Notes under the pieces: generated by a model
What the model was told of the DNA's origin: nothing
Database searches by the model: none
The model's input: the letters and a program-made list of their open reading frames with translations, nothing else
Assembly: GCA_964653835.1 (NCBI GenBank)
Contig: CAZZFZ010000006.1
Span: forward strand, 1 to 41,126
Source of the DNA: an uncultured Anaerolineales bacterium
Lineage (GTDB): Bacteria; Chloroflexota; Anaerolineae; Anaerolineales; UBA11858
Direction: 5' to 3'
Length of the DNA stretch: 41,126 nucleotides
Made by a program: the position numbers and the translations under genes
Shown: positions 24,573 through 34,598 of the stretch, piece after piece
How positions within the stretch are numbered: the first letter of the stretch is position 1
How the letters are laid out: each line of letters starts with the position of its first letter

Positions 24573-26705
24573 CTATTGCAAGATCAGATATCCAAGAATG
24601 ACGATTACGCCGATGAAGATCGAGAGGGCGTAATTACGCACAAAACCGGTTTGCAGGCCGCGCAGCCGTCGCGCCAGCGCCTGGGTGGTGTTGCCCAGGC
24701 CGTTGGCGAAAGCGTCGATGCCGCGCTGATCGGCCCACACGTTGAGCGCCGTCTTGCTGAACCACTGGTAGGTCCCGGCGATGACTGTATCGTGGAACCA
24801 GTCGTGCCAGAAGCGCCAGTCAATCACGTCGGCGAAGAAGCGCGCCAGGGCGATATACGGGTTGAGGATGACGGCCCAGTACAGCTCGTCAATCCACCAT
24901 TTGTTTTCCATGCCCGTGAAGAGCGGGCCTAAAATCCCTTTAAGCGGGTCGGCCTGACCCTGGGCGAGGGTCTTGCGCCCGTAGAGCAGCCAGGAAAGGC
25001 CGATGGCGACCAGCGCCAACACGGTGGAAGTGAGAGCCACGCTGAGGTTGAACTCCCCAACGTGCAGGTGGACGTGGAAGGTCTCGAAGGTGTGCTCCAG
25101 CCAAGTGGTGAAGGTGTGCAGGCCGGGCAGGTTGAGCGCCCCGCCGAGCACCGAGAGGGCGGCCAGCACCATCAGGGGGACGGTCATCACAGCCGGGCTT
25201 TCCTCGGCGTGTGCAGCGGCCTCGTGCCGCGGCTCCCCGAAGAACACCATCCAGATCTGCCGCCCCATGTAGAAGGCGGTGAAGAAGGCGGCCACGGCCA
25301 GCAGAACGTAAACGGTGAAGTTCAGGTCGGTGGCCTCGGCCAGGATTTCATCCTTCGACCAGAACCCAGCCAGCGGGAAGATGCCCGCCAGCGCCAGCGC
25401 ACCGATCAGGTAGACCCAGAAGGTGACCGGCATGGTCTTGCGCATGCCGCCCATATTGCGCATATCGCCGGGGTCGAAGGTCTCCTCGTGGTGGTCGGCG
25501 TCCTCGTTGTGGTCGTCGTGATGCCCGTGGCCGTGGGCGGCGTGATGATGGCCGCGCTCCACGCCCAGGATGACCGAACCGGCGGAGAGGAAGAGCAGCG
25601 CCTTGAAGAAGGCGTGTGTCACCAGGTGGAACATCCCGGCCACAAACGCGCCCATGCCCACCGCGGCCACCATGAATCCCAACTGGCTGATGGTGGAGTA
25701 GGCGAGCACTTTTTTGATGTCGTATTGCCCCACCGCGATGGTGGCTGCGAACAGGGCGGTCAGGCCGCCCACCAGGGCGACCGTGGCCTGCGCCTGGGGA
25801 ACCAGCACGTAGAGCGGCGCTGTGCGGGCGACCAGGTACACGCCCGCAGTGACCATGGTGGCGGCGTGGATCAGCGCCGAAACCGGCGTTGGGCCAGCCA
25901 TCGCGTCCGGCAGCCAGACGTACAGGGGAATCTGAGCCGATTTGCCCGCCACGCCCAACAGCATGAACAGGGTGATCGCCAGGATCGCGCCGGGGTTGGT
26001 CTCGGCGATGTGCTCGGCGGAGGCGAACACATCGGTGAATTGCACGCTCTTGAAGGTCCAGAACATGGTCAACGCGGCCAGCAGAAAGCCGAAATCGCCC
26101 ACGCGGTTGGTGACGAAGGCTTTCTTGGCAGCCATAGCGTTGGCTGTGCTGGGGCGCGCCAGAGTGTCCATCTCATACCAGAAGCCGATCAGCAGGAAGG
26201 AGCACAAACCCACACCTTCCCAGCCGACGAAGAGCATCAGGTAGTTATCACCGCTCACCAAGATCATCATGGCGGCGATGAACAGGTTGAGGTAGACGAA
26301 GAAACGGCGGAAGCGCTCCGGGTCGTTCTTGTAGCGCACGTCCTCGTGCATGTAGCCGATGGCGTAGATGTGAATCAACGTGCCCACGCCGCTGACCACC
26401 AACATCATGGTGGCGGAAAGCGTATCCACGCGGAACGCCCAGCGGAGTTGCAACTCGCCGATGGTGATCCAATCGGCCAGGGGGACGGTCGTTCCCTCGG
26501 GGTGGGCGCGCAGCGAAAGCGCCAGCAGCACGGCGACCACGAAGGTCAACCCGGAAGCAGTGCTGGCAATCCCGCCGATCGCCTTCTCGCCCAGCCGCCC
26601 GCCGAAGAGCAGGTTGAGCAGCAGCCCGATCAAGGGGATGAAGACCAGCCAGGGCGCCAGGTAGAAGAAGGTTGGTCCTGATGTTACGACTTCGGAAAGT
26701 ATCAT
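24573..26705 (-). CDS. nuoL: NADH-quinone oxidoreductase subunit L, with a His/Asp-rich insertion
   Basis: 710 aa. WLPDAMAGPTPVSALIHAATMVTAGVY. Long C-terminal extension typical of NuoL. The insert GHHHAAHGHGHHDDHNEDADHHEE precedes the conserved MRNMGGMRK. Confidence 0.92.
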   Translation of the reverse strand: MILSEVVTSGPTFFYLAPWLVFIPLIGLLLNLLFGGRLGEKAIGGIASTASGLTFVVAVLLALSLRAHPEGTTVPLADWITIGELQLRWAFRVDTLSATMMLVVSGVGTLIHIYAIGYMHEDVRYKNDPERFRRFFVYLNLFIAAMMILVSGDNYLMLFVGWEGVGLCSFLLIGFWYEMDTLARPSTANAMAAKKAFVTNRVGDFGFLLAALTMFWTFKSVQFTDVFASAEHIAETNPGAILAITLFMLLGVAGKSAQIPLYVWLPDAMAGPTPVSALIHAATMVTAGVYLVARTAPLYVLVPQAQATVALVGGLTALFAATIAVGQYDIKKVLAYSTISQLGFMVAAVGMGAFVAGMFHLVTHAFFKALLFLSAGSVILGVERGHHHAAHGHGHHDDHNEDADHHEETFDPGDMRNMGGMRKTMPVTFWVYLIGALALAGIFPLAGFWSKDEILAEATDLNFTVYVLLAVAAFFTAFYMGRQIWMVFFGEPRHEAAAHAEESPAVMTVPLMVLAALSVLGGALNLPGLHTFTTWLEHTFETFHVHLHVGEFNLSVALTSTVLALVAIGLSWLLYGRKTLAQGQADPLKGILGPLFTGMENKWWIDELYWAVILNPYIALARFFADVIDWRFWHDWFHDTVIAGTYQWFSKTALNVWADQRGIDAFANGLGNTTQALARRLRGLQTGFVRNYALSIFIGVIVILGYLILQ

Positions 26706-26707
26706 CC

Positions 26708-27010
26708 TTATCCTCTCAAACTGCTCAATTGGTCAACGTCGATGTTGTGTTTGGAACGGAAGATAGCGACGATCAGCGCCAGGCCGATGGCGACCTCCGC
26801 CGCGGCTACGGTGATCACAAAGAAGACGAACACCTGACCGCTCAGCGCCTCGTGGGCGCGGGCGAAGGCCACAAAGGCCAGGTTGGCGGCGTTGAGCATC
26901 AGTTCCACCGACATGAAGATGATGATGGCATTGCGGCGAATCAGCACGCCCAGCGCGCCGATGGTGAAAAGCACCGCAGAGAGGCCGACATAGTAGGTTA
27001 CAGGGAGCAT
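26708..27010 (-). CDS. nuoK: NADH-quinone oxidoreductase subunit K
   Basis: 100 aa, 3 TM, conserved Glu-containing helices. AAGGAG RBS. Operon position. Confidence 0.9.
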   Translation of the reverse strand: MLPVTYYVGLSAVLFTIGALGVLIRRNAIIIFMSVELMLNAANLAFVAFARAHEALSGQVFVFFVITVAAAEVAIGLALIVAIFRSKHNIDVDQLSSLRG

Positions 27011-27034
27011 GATGTTCTCCTTTCCCCTGCGGGT

Positions 27035-27547
27035 TCAGGCGCGGCTTTTCTCGCGCCGGGTGAGGATGATGGCGCCAACCATGGCGACCAGCAGCAGGAT
27101 GGATGTGACCTCGAAGGGCAGCAGGTACTCCCGGAAGAGGAGACGCCCGATCTCCCGAGGGCTGCCGAAGCTTTCCGGCGGGGCACCGCCCCCGGTGAGC
27201 ATTTCGGGGCGGGTGATCAGCACATAGCCGATCTCGCCGAGCAGGCCGAGGCCGAGCAGAATCGCCAGCGGGCGCTGCCAGGCGAGGGTCTGGCTTTGTC
27301 CCAGTTTCTCCGCTCCCAGCAGCATGATGACGAAAAGGAAAAGCACCATGATCGCGCCGGCATACACGGCCACCTGGCTCATGGCGATGAACGTCCCGCC
27401 GAGCATCAGGTAGAAAACAGCCACCGTGATGAAGTTGGCGATCAGGAACAGCGCTGAATACACCGCGTTGCGGCTGAAGAGCATGCCCAACGCCGCGGCG
27501 ATGGAGATCAGCGCCAGGGTGAGAAAAGTGATTAGTTCAGGTGTCAT
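27035..27547 (-). CDS. nuoJ: NADH-quinone oxidoreductase subunit J
   Basis: 170-aa membrane subunit between nuoI and nuoK. Confidence 0.88.
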   Translation of the reverse strand: MTPELITFLTLALISIAAALGMLFSRNAVYSALFLIANFITVAVFYLMLGGTFIAMSQVAVYAGAIMVLFLFVIMLLGAEKLGQSQTLAWQRPLAILLGLGLLGEIGYVLITRPEMLTGGGAPPESFGSPREIGRLLFREYLLPFEVTSILLLVAMVGAIILTRREKSRA

Positions 27548-27567
27548 GGTTCTCGTTCCCTTTTTGG

Positions 27568-28092
27568 CTAGTCGGTCGGGTCGGCCATCACCGGCACCGC
27601 GCGGGTGAACACGCCGGGCTCCACCTTCTGCGGGGTGGGCGCGCCGCCCTCGGGGACGGGCACCAGCAGCCGCTCTTTGGTGTAGATGGCGTCGTGGCGG
27701 TTGGTGAAAGATAGTTCGTAGTTATCCTCCAGCGTGATCGCCTCAGTGGGGCAGGCATCTTCGCAGTAGCCGCAGAAGATGCAGCGCAGCATGTTGATCT
27801 CGTAGGTGCTGGCGTAGCGCTCGCCGGGGGAGTAGCGTTCGTCATCGGTGTTCTCGGCCGATTCCACGAAGATGGCATCTGAGGGGCAGGCGGCGGCGCA
27901 CAGCGAACAGCCGATGCACTTCTCCAGGCCGTTCTCGTAGCGGTTGAGCACGTGGCGGCCGCGGAAACGCGTGTGAATCGGCCGTTTGACCTCCGGGTAC
28001 TGGATGGTCACCGGCTTTTCAAACATGGATCGGAAGGTGATCCACATCCCTTTTACAATTTCTTGAACACGGGCTCGTTCTGGAAACGCCAT
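27568..28092 (-). CDS. nuoI: NADH-quinone oxidoreductase subunit I (2x[4Fe-4S])
   Basis: CIGCSLCAAACP and CIFCGYCEDACP. AAGGAG RBS. Confidence 0.95.
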   Translation of the reverse strand: MAFPERARVQEIVKGMWITFRSMFEKPVTIQYPEVKRPIHTRFRGRHVLNRYENGLEKCIGCSLCAAACPSDAIFVESAENTDDERYSPGERYASTYEINMLRCIFCGYCEDACPTEAITLEDNYELSFTNRHDAIYTKERLLVPVPEGGAPTPQKVEPGVFTRAVPVMADPTD

Positions 28093-28108
28093 GTCGTTAC
28101 TCCTTCAA

Positions 28109-29110
28109 TTACCCTTTGAGTACCATTATTACGGCAGTGACGAACACGTTCGCCAGGGCCAGCGGCAGCAACACTTTCCAGCCGAGGGCCATCAGCCGGT
28201 CGTAGCGCAGGCGGGGTAATGTCGCCCGCACCCAGATCATCCCAAAGAGCAGGATGAGGACTTTTGTAAACAGCACCAGCGGGTCCAGGATGGGGGGCAG
28301 GTCGATGAACGGCAGGCGGTAGCCGCCCAGGAAGAGCGAAGCCGCGATGGCCGCGATGGCGATCATCTTGATGTATTCAGCCATGAAGAAGAGGGCAAAC
28401 TTCATCCCGGAGTACTCGGTGTGGTAACCGGCGGTCAGCTCCTGCTCCGCTTCGGGCATATCAAAGGGGGCGCGGTTGACCTCGGCCAGCCCGGCGATCA
28501 GGAAGATGATGAAGCCCAGGATTTGCGGCAGGACGAACCAGACGTTCTTCTGCGCCTCAACGATATCTACCAGGCTCATCGAACCGGCCAGCATAATCGG
28601 GCCGACGAAAGCCAGCCCTAGCGCCAGCTCGTAGCTGACCATCTGCGCCGAGGAGCGCAGGCCACCGAGCAGGGCGTACTTGTTGTTCGAGGACCAGCCC
28701 GCGATGGTAATGCCGTAGACGGAGATGGAGGCCACCGCGGTCAGGTAGAGCACGCCCACATTGATGTCGGCCAGGTACAGGTTGATCTCCCGCCCGGCGA
28801 CCACAATCTGCCGCCCCCAGGGGATCACTGCCCAGATAATCAGCGCTGGCAGCACGGTGAGGATCGGCGCCAGGATGAACAGCGTTTTATCGGCCTGCGG
28901 CGGGATGAGTTCCTCTTTGAAGATCAGCTTGACGCCGTCGGCCAGGGGCTGCAATAGCCCCCAGGGGCCGGCGCGGTTGGGGCCGATGCGCACCTGAATG
29001 CGCGCCAGCAACCGCCGCTCAAGCAAGGTCAGGTAGGCAAACCCGGTCAGCCCGAAGAGCAGCAGGATGACGGATTTAATCAGCCATTCAATCAGTAATG
29101 TTGGTTCCAT
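28109..29110 (-). CDS. nuoH: NADH-quinone oxidoreductase subunit H
   Basis: RIGPNRAGPWGLLQPLADGVKL and VNRAPFDMPEAEQEL. Confidence 0.95.
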   Translation of the reverse strand: MEPTLLIEWLIKSVILLLFGLTGFAYLTLLERRLLARIQVRIGPNRAGPWGLLQPLADGVKLIFKEELIPPQADKTLFILAPILTVLPALIIWAVIPWGRQIVVAGREINLYLADINVGVLYLTAVASISVYGITIAGWSSNNKYALLGGLRSSAQMVSYELALGLAFVGPIMLAGSMSLVDIVEAQKNVWFVLPQILGFIIFLIAGLAEVNRAPFDMPEAEQELTAGYHTEYSGMKFALFFMAEYIKMIAIAAIAASLFLGGYRLPFIDLPPILDPLVLFTKVLILLFGMIWVRATLPRLRYDRLMALGWKVLLPLALANVFVTAVIMVLKG

Positions 29111-29129
29111 GAGTTACCTCGTGATCGCC

Positions 29130-31562
29130 TCAAGCCATGCTGGTTTCCGCGATGCGGATTTCAAACTTGCTGGGGGTCTGAATGGGCACGCCCATGCTGC
29201 GGGGGACAAGCGCAAACCCCTGGGGCACGGTCTCATCTTCCACCACGAGCACCGGCGCGGGTGCGCTGCCGTTGACGGTCAGGCCCACGGTCATGCCGTC
29301 GGTGGTTTTGAGCTTCTGCGCATCGCCGGGGTGCAGGCGGAGGAACGGTTTGGGCAGCCGCGGGTGCAACACCGCCGAAGGCTCCACCATCGTGCCGTGG
29401 TCGTACAGGCTGGTGATGGGGACAGCGATGATCTCGCCCGCGGGCAGCTTCGCCGCAGCGGGGATGGCGGGCGGGGTGGACTGACCACCTTCCAGGGGCA
29501 ACTGCACCCCCAGCCCTTGCTTGTTCCCGTAGGAAGTGCCGCCGTAGTAGCGGTCGTTGCGATCGACAATTGGCCATTGCTCCGTCACCTCGGCCAGCTT
29601 GTGATAGGTCAGGCCGCGGTAGGCGGGGATTTCGGCGCAGATCTGTGGGAAGACCAGGGAGGGGAAGCGACTCTGAAGCTCCACACCGACCTTCTCGCCA
29701 ATGGCGGCGGCGATGTCGAAATCGGGCCGCGCCGCGCTCTTGTTGGTGACAATCGGGTAGAAACGCTGCACGCGGCGCTCGCCGGAGGTGAACGTGCCCT
29801 CGCGCTCGACCTGAGTCTGCGCCGGGAGCACCACATCGGCCAGGGCGGCGGTCTCGGTGAGGAAGAGTTCCTGCACCACCACAAAGTCGGCATTTTGCAG
29901 GGCTTCGGCCGTCGTCGGGTCGTCGCCCACCGGGTCGGCGGCGACGATGTAGAACATGCTGGCGGCGCTCAGGTCTGCGCCGGGGCGGAAGCCCATATCC
30001 CAGGCGCCCTGGGTGTTGGCGCTCGGCCACACGCCCACCAGCCCGTTGTTGGGCTTACCAGTATGCTTGGTGGCAGCCAGCAAATCGGCGCAGGCGGTGG
30101 CCAGGGCGGTTGTACCTTCCAGCCCCAGGCCCTCGCTGCCGAAGAAGACCACCAGGTTGTTCGCCTCCGCCACTTTCGCCTTCAGTTCGCCGAAGGGGGT
30201 GAGTTCTTCGCCGTAGGTGTAGCGGATCGCTTCACTGGCGTAGCGCTCCAGCTTGGTGGGGCGGGGGTTGGCGACGATCAGTTGCGCGCCGCGCTCGGCG
30301 GCCTGCTTGACCCGCAGATACCACAGCGGGGCTTCCTCTTCCAGGTCGCTGGCGATCACCACGATGGCGTCGCCCGCACCGAGGTTGCCCAGGTTGGAAC
30401 CGGCGCTCAGGCCGTAGCGGGCCACCAGGTCGCCACCGCCCATGTGGCTGTGCAGGGCGCTCTTGCCGCCCAGTGCGTCGCTCAGTTTTTTCAGGTTGAA
30501 CAGGTCTTCGTTGGGCAGGCGGCCACCCACCAGGGTGAGCAGCTTTTCGCCGGCGTTCTTGAACTGACTGGCGATCAGCGCCAGGGCCTCGTCCCATTCC
30601 ACCGGGGTGAGTTCGCCGTCCTTGCGGATCAGTGGCTGGGTGAGGCGCTCCTCGCTTTCGGTGAAGTGATAGGCGAAGCGCCCTTTATCGCAGATCCACA
30701 GCTCGTTGACCTGCTCGTTTTGCCGCGGCATGGCGCGTTTGATGACGATCTCGCCGCCGGATTTGGCCTCGCGGCGGGTGTTGTAGGTCAGGTTGCAGCC
30801 CACTGGGCAGTGGGTGCAGATCGAAGCAGCGTTGTTCAGCTCCCAGGGGCGGGCGCCAAAGCGGAAGTCCGCCGTGGTCAGCGCGCCCACCGGGCAGATG
30901 TCGGTGGTGTTGCCCGACCAGTAGCTATCGAAGCCAGGGTCGGAGTTGGTGATCACATCGGTGGCGCGACCGCGGTGGTAGAACTCCAGCACCGGGTCGC
31001 CGGCGATCTCATCCTGGAAGCGGATGCAGCGGGCGCACTGGATGCAGCGCTCCCGGTCGAGGAAGATCAAATCCCCAAGGGGGACGTGCTTTTCCAGGTG
31101 CATCTTTTCATCGTAGATGAAGCGGCTCTCGCTCGCACCGTGCGCCATGGTCAGGTCTTGCAGGGGGCACTCGCCGCCCTTGTCGCAGATCGGGCAGTCC
31201 AGCGGGTGCGAGGTGAGCAGGAACTCGATGATATCTTTGCGGGCGGTTTGCACCTTCTCGCTCAGCCCCACCACCACCATACCCTCGGAGACGGGGACGG
31301 TGCAGGCGGTTTCCAGCTTGGGGCCGAATTGAATTTTGGGCGAGCCGTCCTCTTCAAGGACGGGTTCGCCGGTGGCGCGGTCGCGCATTGGGCGGCCGAC
31401 TTCCACCAGACACATGCGGCACATGCCCACCGGCTCCATCTTGGGGTGATAGCAGAACACCGGGATGTCGATGCCGATTTTGCGGGCGGCATCCACGATC
31501 ACGGTCCCCTCAGGTACGGTGACTTGCTGGCCGTCAATGGTTAGCGTGACTTCTCTGGTCAT
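29130..31562 (-). CDS. nuoG: NADH-quinone oxidoreductase subunit G (75-kDa Fe-S subunit)
   Basis: 2Fe-2S CYHPKMEPVGMCRMCLVEV. HPLDCPICDKGGECPLQD. CIQCARCIRF. CPVGAL. Followed by a molybdopterin-oxidoreductase-like domain. Confidence 0.95.
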   Translation of the reverse strand: MTREVTLTIDGQQVTVPEGTVIVDAARKIGIDIPVFCYHPKMEPVGMCRMCLVEVGRPMRDRATGEPVLEEDGSPKIQFGPKLETACTVPVSEGMVVVGLSEKVQTARKDIIEFLLTSHPLDCPICDKGGECPLQDLTMAHGASESRFIYDEKMHLEKHVPLGDLIFLDRERCIQCARCIRFQDEIAGDPVLEFYHRGRATDVITNSDPGFDSYWSGNTTDICPVGALTTADFRFGARPWELNNAASICTHCPVGCNLTYNTRREAKSGGEIVIKRAMPRQNEQVNELWICDKGRFAYHFTESEERLTQPLIRKDGELTPVEWDEALALIASQFKNAGEKLLTLVGGRLPNEDLFNLKKLSDALGGKSALHSHMGGGDLVARYGLSAGSNLGNLGAGDAIVVIASDLEEEAPLWYLRVKQAAERGAQLIVANPRPTKLERYASEAIRYTYGEELTPFGELKAKVAEANNLVVFFGSEGLGLEGTTALATACADLLAATKHTGKPNNGLVGVWPSANTQGAWDMGFRPGADLSAASMFYIVAADPVGDDPTTAEALQNADFVVVQELFLTETAALADVVLPAQTQVEREGTFTSGERRVQRFYPIVTNKSAARPDFDIAAAIGEKVGVELQSRFPSLVFPQICAEIPAYRGLTYHKLAEVTEQWPIVDRNDRYYGGTSYGNKQGLGVQLPLEGGQSTPPAIPAAAKLPAGEIIAVPITSLYDHGTMVEPSAVLHPRLPKPFLRLHPGDAQKLKTTDGMTVGLTVNGSAPAPVLVVEDETVPQGFALVPRSMGVPIQTPSKFEIRIAETSMA

Positions 31563-31583
31563 AAGGACTCCACGACGATGGGG

Positions 31584-32831
31584 TTATTTCACCGCAGCTT
31601 CAAAATCCTGCGGGAAGCGTTCGATTCCGGTGACAACGGCCTGGGTGGAGAATTCGCCCAGGGCGCACAGACACTTGCCTTGCATCTGACGGGCGACGGC
31701 TTGCAACAATTCCACGTCCTGCTCCCGGCCGCGCCCGTCGCGGATGCGCTCAATGATGTGGCGCATCCAGTAGGTGCCTTCGCGGCAGGGGGTGCATTTG
31801 CCGCAAGATTCGTGGCTGAAGAAGTGCAGCGTCTTATTGAGCACCCAGTCGATGCTCACGGTGTCGTCGATCACAATCACCGAGGCCGAGCCGAGTTCCG
31901 CGTTGAGCGTGCGCACCGAGGCGTAGTCCATCGGCGTATCGAGGGCTTCTTCGGTGGCGACGATCAGCGCGGAGGAAGCTCCGGCGGCCATGATGGCGCG
32001 CACCGGTCGGTCGTCAATGATGCCGCCGCCGTACTCATAGATCAGCTCGCGGAAGGTGGTGCCGAAGGGCAGTTCGTAGTTGCCGGGCTTCTTGACGCGA
32101 CCCGACAGACTGAAGATCTTTACCCCGGCGGTGTCCTCGGTGCCCAACGATTTGTACCAATCGGCCCCTTTGGTGATGATCATAGGGACGTTGGTTAGCG
32201 TCTCAACATTGTTGACCACGGTGGGCTTGCCGTAAAGCCCGAAGGACGGGGGGAAGGGGGGGCGCAGGCGAGGTTGGCCGCGCTTGCCTTCCAGCGATTC
32301 CAGCAGGGCGGTTTCTTCGCCGCAGATGTAGGCCCCAGCGCCCAGATGAGTGTAGATGCGCAAGGAGTAATTGCTGCCAAAGAGGTTGTCACCCAGCAGG
32401 CCGGCGGCCTCCATCTCGGCGATTCGCTTGTCCAGCTCGTGGGTGAGTTGCCAGAACTCGCCGCGGCAGTAGATGTAGGCTGCTTCGGCGCCCACAGCGT
32501 AGGAAGCGATGGCCACGCCCTCCAGGAACTGGAAGGGGTTGCGTTCCATGATCTCGCGATCCTTGAACGTCCCCGGCTCGGATTCGTCGGCGTTGGCGAC
32601 CACATAGTGTGGCCAGTTGTTCTTATCGATAAACGACCATTTCAAGCCGGTGGGGAAGCCCGCACCGCCACGCCCGCGCAGCCCCGAGGCTTTGACTACC
32701 TCGGTGACTTCATCGGGCTGCATCTGGGTGACGGCTTGTTTGAAGGCCGCGAAACCGCCGTGCTTTTGGTAGACTTCGAGCTTGTCGATATCGGGGATAT
32801 CCCGATGGCGCAGCAGGATGTATTCGCTCAT
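31584..32831 (-). CDS. nuoF: NADH-quinone oxidoreductase subunit F (NADH/FMN-binding)
   Basis: GLRGRGGAGFPTGLKW and ESCGKCTPCREG. ATGA overlap with the nuoE stop. Confidence 0.95.
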   Translation of the reverse strand: MSEYILLRHRDIPDIDKLEVYQKHGGFAAFKQAVTQMQPDEVTEVVKASGLRGRGGAGFPTGLKWSFIDKNNWPHYVVANADESEPGTFKDREIMERNPFQFLEGVAIASYAVGAEAAYIYCRGEFWQLTHELDKRIAEMEAAGLLGDNLFGSNYSLRIYTHLGAGAYICGEETALLESLEGKRGQPRLRPPFPPSFGLYGKPTVVNNVETLTNVPMIITKGADWYKSLGTEDTAGVKIFSLSGRVKKPGNYELPFGTTFRELIYEYGGGIIDDRPVRAIMAAGASSALIVATEEALDTPMDYASVRTLNAELGSASVIVIDDTVSIDWVLNKTLHFFSHESCGKCTPCREGTYWMRHIIERIRDGRGREQDVELLQAVARQMQGKCLCALGEFSTQAVVTGIERFPQDFEAAVK

Positions 32832-33334
32832 TGGGCGGCCTCCTTCTCGCGCCAGGTTTCAATCAGTTGCAGCGTGCTTTCCACGCTCATGTTTTCGTGG
32901 TATTCAATTCCCTCGCCGGTTTGCGTCTGGAACATGGGGGCTTTGTCGCAGGCGGCCAGGCACATCACCGCCTCGACGGTGATCAGGCCGTCGGGCGTGG
33001 TTTCGCCGGGCTGGATGCCCAGGGCGTCGCAAAGCTCGCTCAGGAATTGATCCGCCCCCCGCAGGGCGCAGGGCAGGTCGTTGCAAATCTGAATACGGAT
33101 TTTCCCGGCGGGTTCATCGTGGTACAGGGTGTAGAACCCGATCAGCGAGGCGACCTCGCTGGTGGAGATTTCGCAAATCTCGGCGATATCGGTGATATCG
33201 CGTTTGGAGACATAGCCGCCCTCGCGCTGGGCGAGGTAAAGCAGCGGCATGACCGCCGAGCGTTTTTGCTCCGGCGGGTATTTCGCCAGGATGGCCTGGA
33301 TTTCGTTGGCGTATTGTTCTGCTAACTTGTTCAC
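32828..33334 (-). CDS. nuoE: NADH-quinone oxidoreductase subunit E (2Fe-2S)
   Basis: ICNDLPCALRGA and VMCLAACDKAPM. GTG start overlapping the nuoD stop (GTGA). Confidence 0.9.
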   Translation of the reverse strand: MNKLAEQYANEIQAILAKYPPEQKRSAVMPLLYLAQREGGYVSKRDITDIAEICEISTSEVASLIGFYTLYHDEPAGKIRIQICNDLPCALRGADQFLSELCDALGIQPGETTPDGLITVEAVMCLAACDKAPMFQTQTGEGIEYHENMSVESTLQLIETWREKEAAQ

Positions 33335-34569
33335 CGGTCTGCATCTCCCAGGACAATATCAACACTGCCGATGATAGCCACCAGGTCGGCGATCAAGTGA
33401 CCCTTGCTGAGCAGGGGGATCGCCTGCAGGTGGGCAAAGGAGGGCGTGCGCCAGTACACGCGGTAGGGGCGGTTGCTGCCGTCGCCTTCGAGGTAGACGC
33501 CCAGCTCGCCGCGCGGCGATTCGACGGGCACGTACACATACCCTTTGGGGGCGGTGAAGCCGTCGGTCCACAGTTTGAAGTGGTGGATCAGCGCTTCCAT
33601 GCTGGTGCCGATCTCCGAGCGCGGGGGTGGGACGAATTTGCGGTTGTTGCTGCGCACCGGCGCGCCTTCCAGCTCGGCCAGGCGCTTCAACCCCTGGCGG
33701 ATGATGCGCAAGGATTCGCGGAACTCCTGAATGCGCACGATGTAGCGAGCGTACACGTCGCCGCGATCATCGGTAGGCACATCGAACTCGTATTCTTCGT
33801 AGCCGCTGTAGGGGCGCAGCTTGCGGTTATCGTAGGGCACGCCGGAGCCGCGCAGGGAGGGGCCGGTCAGGCCCTGGGCGATGGCGTCCTCTGCGGAGAT
33901 CACGCCGATGCCCTTGGTGCGGTCAATGAAGAGCGGGTTGTGAGTGAGCAGCCCTTCGTACTGATCGATGCGCGCCGGGAAGTAATCGATAAAGTTTTGC
34001 ACCGCCTCGGCGAAACCGGCGGGCACATCGCGCCACAACCCGCCGGGGCGGATGTAAGTGGTCATCATGCGCTGGCCGGAGACCATCTCGAGGATCTCGA
34101 GGATCATCTCGCGCTCGCGGAAGCAGTACAGGAAGACGGACATGGCTGCCAGGTCGAGCGCCGAGGTGCCCAGCCAGACCAAGTGCGAGGCGATGCGCTG
34201 CAACTCGGCCAGGATGACGCGGATCACCTGCGCACGCGGAGGCACATCGAGATCCACCAGTTTCTCCACCGCCAGGCAGTAAGCCAGGTTGTTGCCCACC
34301 GTGTTGAGGTAGTCGAGGCGGTCGGTCATCACCTCGGCCTGCAGGTAGCGCTTGGCCTCCATGTTCTTCTCAACGCCGGTGTGCAGGTAGCCGATATCGG
34401 GCACGCAGTTGACCACCGTCTCGCCGTCGAGTTCCAGCATCAGGCGCAGCACGCCGTGCGTACTGGGGTGCTGCGGCCCCATGTTCAACACCATGGTCTC
34501 GCCCGCGATAGCGCGGTCGGAAACCAGGTGTTTCAGTTCATCCATTGTGATTTCTTGAAGTTGGACCAT
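33331..34569 (-). CDS. nuoD: NADH-quinone oxidoreductase subunit D
   Basis: NMGPQHPSTHGVLRL, and a C-terminus IADLVAIIGSVDIVLGDADR typical of the 49-kDa subunit. Confidence 0.95.
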   Translation of the reverse strand: MVQLQEITMDELKHLVSDRAIAGETMVLNMGPQHPSTHGVLRLMLELDGETVVNCVPDIGYLHTGVEKNMEAKRYLQAEVMTDRLDYLNTVGNNLAYCLAVEKLVDLDVPPRAQVIRVILAELQRIASHLVWLGTSALDLAAMSVFLYCFREREMILEILEMVSGQRMMTTYIRPGGLWRDVPAGFAEAVQNFIDYFPARIDQYEGLLTHNPLFIDRTKGIGVISAEDAIAQGLTGPSLRGSGVPYDNRKLRPYSGYEEYEFDVPTDDRGDVYARYIVRIQEFRESLRIIRQGLKRLAELEGAPVRSNNRKFVPPPRSEIGTSMEALIHHFKLWTDGFTAPKGYVYVPVESPRGELGVYLEGDGSNRPYRVYWRTPSFAHLQAIPLLSKGHLIADLVAIIGSVDIVLGDADR

Positions 34570-34598
34570 AAGGACCTCTTGCGTTTCTGCCGCTGCGC

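Noticed and set aside
29067-31544. Very long ORFs antisense to real genes. Examples: 825 aa opposite nuoG, 539 aa at 25062-26681 opposite nuoL, 511 aa at 17849-19384, 493 aa at 2148-3629, 405 aa at 33397-34614.
   Set aside because: Their translations are low-complexity and rich in Gly/Ala/Arg/His with no motifs. The opposite strand encodes proteins with clear family signatures. Long shadow ORFs are expected in GC-rich DNA.
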